Positions 17,376-26,144 of a DNA stretch of 64,000 nt are shown here, piece by piece. A model generated the notes under the pieces. That model was not told where the DNA came from and made no database searches. It worked only from the letters and a program-made list of their open reading frames with translations. A program made the position numbers and the translations under genes. Where the stretch lies: positions 6,480 to 70,479 of the IMG/VR virus record IMGVR_UViG_3300043803_000118; one strand, given 5' to 3'. Within the stretch, counting starts at the first letter, position 1, and each line of letters starts with the position of its first letter. This stretch comes from a virus. Lineage: Duplodnaviria; Caudoviricetes.

Positions 17376-19135
17376 ACTAAATCATGACTGGTATTATATG
17401 TAGTGAAACCATTCTCTTTCACGACCTTCAATACGCTAGGCACACGTCCTGCTAATTCTTCTCGGTGTGATACTAACCATACAGATTTGTTTCTGTTACG
17501 GCTCATATCTTTGAGTATAGCCATACTATTCTCAACACCTACACTATCCATACCGCTATCAATCAATTCATCGATGAACAATGTATTGATCGGACTGTAT
17601 AAACTTTCCCATACATCACGGAACGCAAACGATAAACCTAATATCAATCTATTGCGTTCGCCGCGAGAAAGATTATCGAAATCTAATTCACGACCCAGTT
17701 CTGTGATTTGTACAGATAGGTCATTCAAGAATACGACTTGATGAGGTAAGCCGATCTTATCAAGGTAGTGTGTGAGCCTTGCGTTCAAGTAACTTAGATT
17801 TTGATCGATAATCTTCTTGCGGACGAAACTATCTTTGCTTGTCAGTAAGTCAAGCAAGAATTTTTGATGATCATTAATTTTTGTCAGTTCATTGATCTTA
17901 TCAAAATTTATTTCTTGTAATGCTTTATTCTCCATATCTGTTATTTGTTCAGTGTATGGATTTTCTTCTTTGGACTTTTCATCAATCTTGCTTATCAATG
18001 CGTCTACCAAACTACGATGCTGAAATGCTTCTTGTTCAGTATCATAATATAATTTTGGCTGCTTACCTACCGTTCCTAATTCGTTCTTTGCTGTGTTTAA
18101 ATTAGCCAGATCGGTGTTCAATGTCTCAATAGTAGTCGTAGTTGTCTTTACTAACTTTTCTTGTTCTTTCAATAGTTTGGCGTGCTGATCGTCATGTATC
18201 GCATGACCACAAGTATGACACTTATGTTCTCTCAACAATTTTAATTCTTTTTCGGCTTTCTTTAATGCCTTCTCTTCACGCCCGATATCGCTTTCTGTTC
18301 GCGTGATCGCTTTATCAAGATCGGCTAAGTCTTTCTTCTTTTGATTGTACGCAGCCAGATCCTTATGACCCTGTAATTCTTTTTCGATATCTAACTTCTG
18401 TAATTCTTCTAGGTCTTCTACTAGTTTGTTCAAGTCTTCATCATGTTTCGTATCCCACAACTTAGCCCTGCGCTTTAGATTTTCGATTTGCTCTTGTATG
18501 CGTTTATTAGCCTCTTCGATAGCCTTGACCTTGTACTCTTCTTCTGTGATGGTGTCTTTGGTATTTTTGATCAATATTTTGATCAACTCAGCCTTCTCGC
18601 TCAACAATGTGATACCAAGTAACTGTTCAATGATGTTACGTTGGTCGTTTGTTTTCATAGCCAGGAACGGTTCGCTGTATGTGTTCAATGCGATAATTTG
18701 CTTGAACATATCTGGAGTCATGCCGATAGCACGTTCGATGTGTTCCTGCGTTTCTTTATTCTCACCTTGAGCATCATTTACTGCTTCTTCTTCTTTGTTA
18801 TCTATATAAAACTTAAGCACGTTTGGCTTTCGCCCACGCTCAATCTTATAGTCAATACCATTCACAGCAAACTCTAATGTGACCATCATACCCTTAGCAT
18901 TGGTTCTGTTGATTAGATTGTCTTTGCGAATTTGATTAATGGGCGTACCAAACAATACATAACTCAATCCTTGTATCAATGTAGTCTTGCCAGTACCGTT
19001 TCTGGCCCCGTCACCACCTAGATCAAGGTTCTCACCTAAAATCAACGTGAGTTCCTTGCTATCAAAGTTCACGGCTTGCGTGACTTGACCAATCGATAAA
19101 AAGTTTCTTAGTGTTATGTTTTTTAATAGAATCAT
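17372..19135 (-). CDS. gp46: Recombination ATPase, gp46 / SbcC-Rad50
   Basis: LRNFLSIG, Walker A GARNGTGKTT, Zn-hook CHTC, LSRGE signature, FIDE Walker B, VSH. Confidence 0.95.
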   Translation of the reverse strand: MILLKNITLRNFLSIGQVTQAVNFDSKELTLILGENLDLGGDGARNGTGKTTLIQGLSYVLFGTPINQIRKDNLINRTNAKGMMVTLEFAVNGIDYKIERGRKPNVLKFYIDNKEEEAVNDAQGENKETQEHIERAIGMTPDMFKQIIALNTYSEPFLAMKTNDQRNIIEQLLGITLLSEKAELIKILIKNTKDTITEEEYKVKAIEEANKRIQEQIENLKRRAKLWDTKHDEDLNKLVEDLEELQKLDIEKELQGHKDLAAYNQKKKDLADLDKAITRTESDIGREEKALKKAEKELKLLREHKCHTCGHAIHDDQHAKLLKEQEKLVKTTTTTIETLNTDLANLNTAKNELGTVGKQPKLYYDTEQEAFQHRSLVDALISKIDEKSKEENPYTEQITDMENKALQEINFDKINELTKINDHQKFLLDLLTSKDSFVRKKIIDQNLSYLNARLTHYLDKIGLPHQVVFLNDLSVQITELGRELDFDNLSRGERNRLILGLSFAFRDVWESLYSPINTLFIDELIDSGMDSVGVENSMAILKDMSRNRNKSVWLVSHREELAGRVPSVLKVVKENGFTTYNTSHDLV

Positions 19136-19797
19136 GTGCGCTTCCAGTGTGATAGATCACGATCTAATGTTGCTTCTATCACAGATATACCTTCATTAAT
19201 ATACTTGATTATGTCTTCATTGTCAAATACTAATGGATTGTTGATATCCGTTTTGAATTTGATCCCTATGTTTTTATAATATCTATTCAAACCTAAGTGA
19301 TCGCAGATATTATAGAAATATGTTTTGGGATCGTTGACTAGATCATCATAGAATAGATACTTTACTGGAATCTTACAAGTATTCCAGTATTCGAATATTT
19401 GTTTTGCATCACCATAAGTTTTGTGATATCGTTCGATATATTCTTTAGGTTCAACTTTATAGTTAGCGTTTCTATTTCTCTCAAGATTATACATAGAATT
19501 CATTACTTCGTATGGGCTACGCAATATCATAGTGATATGTGTAGTATGTTCATGAATGCGATCAGGATTGATATAGTGACCTTCGGGAAACACCTTAGCG
19601 AAGGCATGTGTATCTAGATTTATAGACACATTGTATTTTTCGTAAAGTTTTTTGTACGAATCTAGACTATGACCCCTGTATTCTTTATACATAGTATGTA
19701 GCCTACAGTCAACTTGTGGGTGGCTCATGAACTGAACCCACAACCAATTAGTGCCGGTCTTAGGGAAACCTATGTTCCTATAATGTACTTGCTTCAT
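19132..19797 (-). CDS. Sulfotransferase-family protein
   Basis: 5'-PSB loop IGFPKTGTNWL, KE, 3'-PB ILRSPYEVMNSMY, FYDDL..DP....NICDHLGL. Confidence 0.8.
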   Translation of the reverse strand: MKQVHYRNIGFPKTGTNWLWVQFMSHPQVDCRLHTMYKEYRGHSLDSYKKLYEKYNVSINLDTHAFAKVFPEGHYINPDRIHEHTTHITMILRSPYEVMNSMYNLERNRNANYKVEPKEYIERYHKTYGDAKQIFEYWNTCKIPVKYLFYDDLVNDPKTYFYNICDHLGLNRYYKNIGIKFKTDINNPLVFDNEDIIKYINEGISVIEATLDRDLSHWKRT

Positions 19798-20813
19798 AGG
19801 TTTTTGTAGATGTCTAATAATATTTTTTGATCGTAGAATTGACTCTCAATGTTGCTGATTTGATCCATGATGATCTGATCTACGCTTTCAAACTTGATCT
19901 CACCCGGTGCTAGGTCAAGTTGATGTTGCTCTAACTTCATAGGTATCAATGCCATCTCACGTAAAAGATGTTTAGGCATCAATGTTTCTTTGATATAATT
20001 AGCCTCTTCATAACTGATATCTATGTCAAGGTGTACTCGCACGTTGCTTCTGGGCAATAACAACCCATCAGGGTTATCTAATATCTCGCTCAACTTATAC
20101 ACACGGAAAACAGGCTGCTTAGGCCATGCTTTGAATATAGGATCTTGCCCCCATTCAAGTATCATCATGCCTCGCTGATCATCACCGGCGTCAGCATAAT
20201 TATGTGGAAAAGCATTACCGATATACCAAATGTTCTTACGTGCTTGACGTTTATGAAAATGCCCGCTAAACACCTGATCGAATTGTTTGACATGGGTTTC
20301 GTTGACCTCTCCCACATCAGGCATCTCGACCATAGCGTTCATATAAAAATGGGGTAATTCAAGATGGCTGAATAGATATTTGCCACTCATCTTAGCCAAC
20401 TTCTTATAATCATCGCCTACTAACCATGGCGCGATAATAACATCACCTTGATTGAACCAATCGTTAACGATAACTACATTGGATAGATGTTTTGCCCACT
20501 CAACACTGTGAATATCTCTACGGTCACGATAATATAAATCATGATTACCGGGAATAAAATAAACAACATCGAATGCATCGTTGAGTTTTTCTAAGGCCCG
20601 CAATCCATATTGCATCGTGTGTATGTTGATGCTGGCGCGGTGATGATTATAATCACCCAAGAAAATACAAGTATCGCAACCTTCTTGTTTGGCAGTCTGT
20701 ATGAACCAATCAACAAAGTCTGAGCAGTCCTGATTGTGTTCAAGACTGTTGCTCTTTAGACCAAAATGTATATCAGTAAAACATGCTGCCTTTTTAAATA
20801 AATTAGACATCAA
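19794..20813 (-). CDS. gp47: Recombination nuclease, gp47 / SbcD-Mre11
   Basis: DIHFG, LGD, PGNHD, HLE, SGHFH metallophosphoesterase motifs. Confidence 0.95.
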   Translation of the reverse strand: MMSNLFKKAACFTDIHFGLKSNSLEHNQDCSDFVDWFIQTAKQEGCDTCIFLGDYNHHRASINIHTMQYGLRALEKLNDAFDVVYFIPGNHDLYYRDRRDIHSVEWAKHLSNVVIVNDWFNQGDVIIAPWLVGDDYKKLAKMSGKYLFSHLELPHFYMNAMVEMPDVGEVNETHVKQFDQVFSGHFHKRQARKNIWYIGNAFPHNYADAGDDQRGMMILEWGQDPIFKAWPKQPVFRVYKLSEILDNPDGLLLPRSNVRVHLDIDISYEEANYIKETLMPKHLLREMALIPMKLEQHQLDLAPGEIKFESVDQIIMDQISNIESQFYDQKILLDIYKNL

Positions 20814-20854
20814 GATATTTTATATAACTCTTTGTATTTGTTCAAGTTTTATGG

Positions 20855-21751
20855 TTACTCTTCGTAACTGTCAAATTTCATACCCGACATTTGACGAGAA
20901 TGGCTTGGGTTCAACCCATTCATCTCTAAGATGTCATCACGGATATTTTGATTACGCTTTTCGGTATTCAATACACGGCAGAAACTATTCGTGATAGCGG
21001 CTGTGTAATAAGCGAACGGGTTAGCACTCTTTGCTTCATTGAATCGTAACCCAACATATGTCAACTGAAGAATGGCGCTGTTACGCATCTCATCATTGTA
21101 TGTGTAGCCACGCCAGTTAAATTTCATAGCATACTTCTCACAAAGCATGATGAACATACGTGCTAGTTTGTCTGTCAATTGACCATGATCCTTGCTAAAC
21201 TCGCCGGTCTTGACACCGCCTGTCCAATGACTCTTACCAACACAAACTGCGCTACCGTTTTCGTCAATCTTGAAATGCTGAAAGGGCGGGAAGTTTACCT
21301 TGACATGAACCATGTCATCTATTTCGTCTTTGGTTGTTGTATCTTCTAAATCTTCAAATAGATTTTCTTCTTCAAGATCATCAAAGTCTAGGATATCTCT
21401 AGCAGTCTTTTTCTTAACTACTTTTCTGGCTTGCTTTGGGTTCATGGGAACATGCTCCCAAGTCATTACACGAAATACTAAATCAGTTACAGGGATGTCT
21501 TTGAGTTTAACTTCCTCACCCGTCTCTAACATTAATCTTGCGGCTCTGACTTCTTTTGCAGCCTTGATGTTTTTGGGTCTTGATATCTGTGCTAGGTTTT
21601 TCTCTAACGGTTCTAACGGAGCATCAATTATCAGATCATACTGATGATATTCTTGTCGTGAGAAACTACAGTAACTAGTCTTGCTAGCATGTATTTCTTT
21701 CAGAATATCTTTATTGTTTAAGTAGTTAACGGGTTTTTTGGCGGTAGACAT
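20855..21751 (-). CDS. gp55: Late-transcription sigma factor, T4 gp55-like
   Basis: YLNNKDIL.EI, NWRGYTYNDEM, F...KS.NPFAYYT..I.NSF.R....EK. Confidence 0.88.
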   Translation of the reverse strand: MSTAKKPVNYLNNKDILKEIHASKTSYCSFSRQEYHQYDLIIDAPLEPLEKNLAQISRPKNIKAAKEVRAARLMLETGEEVKLKDIPVTDLVFRVMTWEHVPMNPKQARKVVKKKTARDILDFDDLEEENLFEDLEDTTTKDEIDDMVHVKVNFPPFQHFKIDENGSAVCVGKSHWTGGVKTGEFSKDHGQLTDKLARMFIMLCEKYAMKFNWRGYTYNDEMRNSAILQLTYVGLRFNEAKSANPFAYYTAAITNSFCRVLNTEKRNQNIRDDILEMNGLNPSHSRQMSGMKFDSYEE

Positions 21752-21842
21752 CTATTCCTCTCTTATTGTCATAGAAAGAATGATACATCTTTTGTTGCGC
21801 AAAAGCAACAGAAGAGGGTAAAATTCGGTGATTTTTGTGGCG

Positions 21843-21849
21843 ATAAATA
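21843..21849 (+). promoter_or_regulatory. Late promoter core ATAAATA for the baseplate operon
   Basis: Upstream of the ATG at 21896. Confidence 0.6.
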
Positions 21850-21862
21850 TATGCAGACATGC

Positions 21863-21869
21863 TATTTAT
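21863..21869 (-). promoter_or_regulatory. Late promoter core ATAAATA pointing at gp55
   Basis: tatttat on the plus strand, facing the 21843 motif. Confidence 0.45.
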
Positions 21870-21895
21870 GCGGTCTGTAACTGAAGAGAAACGAT

Positions 21896-23443
21896 ATGGC
21901 CATAAATTGTGCGGCGCTAGGATCCGAAGTAAGTGCGATAGCATCTACATATAATAGCCTCAATTCGCAATGGGGTACAACGTTATCCAGCGGTCTTAAT
22001 GCCGCACAAACAGATCAAGTAGGTGTCGCAACCAGTGCATTAAATCAACTAATCAATACCAGAGATAAGATTTCCGATCTGGAAGATCAACTTGATTTTC
22101 TTCTTGATGAAGCAGAAGAAGGCAATTGTGCAGATGTTATAACTTACGGTGATGAATATAGTTTTAGACTATTCCAAACTAGAGAAGCGATAAGCGCCGG
22201 AATAAGCAATTTAAGAGCCGCTATAAAAACATCTAATGATAGATTGGCAGCATCGCAAAAGGCTACTACAAGTAAAAGCAATCCCGGTACAGGAACACCG
22301 GGAACCGCTGAACCTGATGAAGAGTTTTTAGATGAGGATGCTGAGATTATAGATGACGAACCTTTACCAGAAGTTGATGATTTCGTAGACGGCACCGGCC
22401 TAACCGAACCTCCAATTGGAGATGAAGATGATTTCTTAGGTATTGATGGTGATACAGATGATTTCTTAGGTATTGATGGTGATACAGATGAGTTCTTGGG
22501 TGACGATAACACTAATCAAGGCTTAGACGGTGATATTATCGATGCACAATCACAAACGACATTACAAGACGAAGCCAATTTCTTACAGACGCCTGACTGG
22601 CGCGTGAAATTGAGTTTGAGTCCCGGATCATACTATCTTTATAATGACGAACAGAACGTGTTATTGGAACCACTAAGAAGAACTGATGGTATCATATTTC
22701 CATATACACCTACCATCAGCGTGACATACGGTGCTAACTATCAGAGCAATAACCCGGTACATAGCAATTACAAGATATTCCAATATGAAAATAGTTATGT
22801 AGATTCATTCACTATAACTTGCGACTTTACTGCACAAGACAGTGAAGAGGCAAAATATCTATTAGCAGTCATACATTTTTTAAGGTCAGCGACTAAGATG
22901 TTTTATGGTCAAGACCAAAATCCAAAACCTGGCACACCACCGCCGTTAGTGTATATTTTTGGTATGGGCGAGTTTCAATTCAATGCACACCCATTAGTCA
23001 TTAATAACTTTACATATAGCCTGCCACCTGACGTAGATTATATAAGAGCCGGAGAAGTCACACAAGCAGCCGGCGTGAATAGGGGTGCTACAGCAGACGC
23101 CGGACAGACCAAATCATTTTTGAAATCAGCCGGTTCTTTAATTCAGGGTGAGATTCAAGCAAGATTAGATCAGGGCATTGCGGCAGTGGGAAATGCATTA
23201 GGCTTGAAATTGCAACCGGGCGGTTCATCGCAAGGATACCAGTTTGGTATGTCTAATAGATTCAATGCAGCATATCCACCGGGCACAAAAGAGCCTACGT
23301 ATGTTCCTACAAAGATGAATATTAGCATCAGTGCCTTACCAATAGTAAGTAGATATGATGTCAGCAATAACTTTAGCGTCAAAGATTATGCTAATGGTTC
23401 GTTGTTGCAGGGTGTTAAACGTAAGAGTGGAGGATTCTGGTAA
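21896..23443 (+). CDS. Baseplate / tail-tube initiator-like protein (gp48/gp54-like) with N-terminal extension
   Basis: C-terminal DWRVKLSL..GIIFPYTP.I...Y.ANY..HSNY..FTAQ..EA..LLA..HFLRS.TKMFYG..PGTPPP; first gene of the baseplate block. Confidence 0.6.
   Translation: MAINCAALGSEVSAIASTYNSLNSQWGTTLSSGLNAAQTDQVGVATSALNQLINTRDKISDLEDQLDFLLDEAEEGNCADVITYGDEYSFRLFQTREAISAGISNLRAAIKTSNDRLAASQKATTSKSNPGTGTPGTAEPDEEFLDEDAEIIDDEPLPEVDDFVDGTGLTEPPIGDEDDFLGIDGDTDDFLGIDGDTDEFLGDDNTNQGLDGDIIDAQSQTTLQDEANFLQTPDWRVKLSLSPGSYYLYNDEQNVLLEPLRRTDGIIFPYTPTISVTYGANYQSNNPVHSNYKIFQYENSYVDSFTITCDFTAQDSEEAKYLLAVIHFLRSATKMFYGQDQNPKPGTPPPLVYIFGMGEFQFNAHPLVINNFTYSLPPDVDYIRAGEVTQAAGVNRGATADAGQTKSFLKSAGSLIQGEIQARLDQGIAAVGNALGLKLQPGGSSQGYQFGMSNRFNAAYPPGTKEPTYVPTKMNISISALPIVSRYDVSNNFSVKDYANGSLLQGVKRKSGGFW
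22426..22500 (+). repeat. 30-bp tandem repeat, two perfect copies plus a partial (DDFLGIDGDT)
   Basis: agatgatttcttaggtattgatggtgatac at 22426 and 22456; partial copy at 22486. Confidence 0.95.
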
Positions 23444-23757
23444 TGGCTACAAACAGTCTATATCCTAAAACTAGTCCGTATAATGATACGGGTGTGTTTA
23501 ATGAAAAGTTTTTAGACTTCATGGTGAACAGACGTATACCTAGTCAACCTAGTGATGTGCTGTATACACTACCGGCGGTGTATCAATATCGTCCTGATCT
23601 TCTTGCTAACGACTTATATAATGACAGCAGATTGTGGTGGGTATTCGCCGCACGAAATCCTAATAGATTAGGGTTTGATCCTTATTTCGATTTCGTTGCA
23701 GGCGTAGAATTTTATATCCCTAAACTGACATCACTACAACAGGTATTGGGTATTTGA
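23443..23757 (+). CDS. gp53: Baseplate wedge protein, gp53/LysM-like
   Basis: YQYRPDLLANDLYNDSRLWWVFAARN, FYIP. Confidence 0.8.
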   Translation: MATNSLYPKTSPYNDTGVFNEKFLDFMVNRRIPSQPSDVLYTLPAVYQYRPDLLANDLYNDSRLWWVFAARNPNRLGFDPYFDFVAGVEFYIPKLTSLQQVLGI

Positions 23758-23760
23758 TAA

Positions 23761-26133
23761 ATGTCAAATGTTAATCAAGTAGATGACGATTTAAATAATC
23801 TTGCTAAAACATCTCTAGGACAACTACAAAACGTAGTAGCAGCAGGATCAGGAGTAGCGACAACCATATCAAGTCGGGGTAATGCCACTGGCACTACAGT
23901 GAATCCTGGACCTAGCGGTAGAGGTGGTACCGGTAGACCTGGAAAAAGATTATACAATCCATTAAGTAAATTGGCTAGTTATACATATAATATTAGCCTG
24001 TACATGATTACCCCAGACGCATACGAACAGTTTGTGGCTAGCGGTAGACAAAAGATACAAGCATTGACTAATGCAGGTCCGGTCAATGGGGAAATCTCAT
24101 CAGGTGCATTCGTGATCGCTCAAAGCGGGGGTACCAATAACTCAACAACTGCCCGCGCTCCTGGTTTTGAATTAGATTATTATATAGATAATCTAAAATT
24201 TAAAACTATGACCAGCAGTAAATCTGCTGGTACAAACACCAGTGCCGTAGCAGATTTTTCATTCACTATAACAGAACCATATGGTTTCAGTTTTTTAACT
24301 AATCTAAAAAAAGCGACAGACGCATTAAAAAGATATAATGATACCACTGAATATAAGCAGTTAACTAATGACTTCAAACAAATCTATATCTTAGGAATAA
24401 GATTTTACGGATATGATATAAATGGCAGAGAAGTCACAGCACCTACAGAATTATATGGTGAGCCTATAGACCCGTTAGGTTCAGGGGCACTATTTGAAAA
24501 TTACTACGACATACAAATATCAAATGTGAAATTCAAATTAGACGGCAGAGCAGTCGTTTATAATGTTGAAGCCGTGGGTATGAATGCACAGGCACTATTG
24601 GGAGTCAAGAGAGGTAGAATGCCTACCGGCTTGAGGATACAAGGTGGCACAGTAGATGACGCATTACAGGGCCCTAATGGACTGTTCACTAAGATCAATG
24701 CTACTGAAGTTGCTAAGTCAAGCAAAGATCCTCCGGACTCTACATATCCTAACGTATATCAAGTAGTATACCAAGGAGATGCAGAAGCAAGAATAGGTAA
24801 GGCTAGCATCGTCACACAATCAGACTTAGATAAGACACGCTGGCCCGGCTCTAATGCTAGAAACACAGTAGAAGCGACAGAGGCTAAGGGTGCCAAACCG
24901 CCTGATCCTAACGAAAGAATGTTCACGTTTAATAATGATGTTTCTATCATGCAGGCTATAGAACAGATCATCAAGAAAAGTTCTTATATGGAACAGGCAT
25001 TGAAGACGATCTATTCAAACACTAAACAACCTGATCCTAATCAAAAGAACAATCCTCAGATCGATAGAGAGAATCCTGTACCATTATCTTGGTTCAATGT
25101 GAGTTGTGACATAAGAAGTCTACAATGGGATCCTAAACTGCAAGACTGGGCTATGGTGACTAGTTATGTGATAACAACATATGAGATACCCGCAGTCATG
25201 ACACCATTCGCGCCTGATACTAATAGATATTATGGCGCACATAAACGTTATGATTATTGGTTCACTGGTCAAAATAGCGAAGTATTGGACTATCAATTAA
25301 CCTTTAATAATCTATTCTTCAACACTGTGTTGGGTATAGAATCAAAAGATTTCAAACTAATAGGACAAGCGAATTCAGAGGGCGGAGGAAGAGAACAGGG
25401 TGCTAGTGGTCCTGGATCAGGGCCTACATCAGGTGACGGAAAAACTACGTCTAACAATAAAGGTACCAAAGCAGATCCTCCGCCGCCAGGCACTAGAGAC
25501 GCTAGCGCGGGCACTGCAACAGCAGGCGGTACTAGCGTACAACCCGGTGTTAAATCAAATGCGAATAGAACAGGTACATTGGCAGTAGGATTGGAAGCTC
25601 AAAATAGTATCGTTACTAGTCTTCATGATATTGAAGCATTCAGTAGCGGACAAATACGAATAATGGGCGATCCTGATTTCTTGATACGTGATGCAGCCAC
25701 TTCTATAACAGAGTTATATAATAAATTTTATGATACAAATGGATACACTGTAAGCGCACAGGGAGGTCAAATATTCATTGAAGTCAAATTCAATGAAGCA
25801 ACTGATTATACTCATAGTGATGGTCTCATGCAGATCAATGAAAGTATATTTTTCTTGAATTATCCGCAATATATCAAAGATATGACACAAGGCGCGATCA
25901 TATATGAATTAGTAGAAGTAGATAGTGTGTTCTCAAGCGGAACATTCACACAGACATTACATCTTATCATGGCACCATTTGATACCGGCGAACCCCCTCC
26001 TGTTGGCACAGGCGGTCCGTCTGGGGGGACGACAACTACCGGCACTGGCGCAGCCGCAGCCACTGATCCTGATGCGCTTGATAAGGATGGTCTTGAAAAA
26101 GATGGATTAGAAGATTTAGGAAGAGACGGTTAA
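23761..26133 (+). CDS. Baseplate hub protein (gp27-like position)
   Basis: Lies between gp53 and gp5; NPL...ASYTYN, F.I.EPYG..F, IMGDPDFL, F..G.FTQ.L motifs. Confidence 0.55.
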   Translation: MSNVNQVDDDLNNLAKTSLGQLQNVVAAGSGVATTISSRGNATGTTVNPGPSGRGGTGRPGKRLYNPLSKLASYTYNISLYMITPDAYEQFVASGRQKIQALTNAGPVNGEISSGAFVIAQSGGTNNSTTARAPGFELDYYIDNLKFKTMTSSKSAGTNTSAVADFSFTITEPYGFSFLTNLKKATDALKRYNDTTEYKQLTNDFKQIYILGIRFYGYDINGREVTAPTELYGEPIDPLGSGALFENYYDIQISNVKFKLDGRAVVYNVEAVGMNAQALLGVKRGRMPTGLRIQGGTVDDALQGPNGLFTKINATEVAKSSKDPPDSTYPNVYQVVYQGDAEARIGKASIVTQSDLDKTRWPGSNARNTVEATEAKGAKPPDPNERMFTFNNDVSIMQAIEQIIKKSSYMEQALKTIYSNTKQPDPNQKNNPQIDRENPVPLSWFNVSCDIRSLQWDPKLQDWAMVTSYVITTYEIPAVMTPFAPDTNRYYGAHKRYDYWFTGQNSEVLDYQLTFNNLFFNTVLGIESKDFKLIGQANSEGGGREQGASGPGSGPTSGDGKTTSNNKGTKADPPPPGTRDASAGTATAGGTSVQPGVKSNANRTGTLAVGLEAQNSIVTSLHDIEAFSSGQIRIMGDPDFLIRDAATSITELYNKFYDTNGYTVSAQGGQIFIEVKFNEATDYTHSDGLMQINESIFFLNYPQYIKDMTQGAIIYELVEVDSVFSSGTFTQTLHLIMAPFDTGEPPPVGTGGPSGGTTTTGTGAAAATDPDALDKDGLEKDGLEDLGRDG

Positions 26134-26144
26134 GGAGATAAGGC

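Noticed and set aside
22426-22500. 30-bp direct repeats as a possible CRISPR array
   Set aside because: No spacers; the repeats are in-frame coding units; no cas genes.
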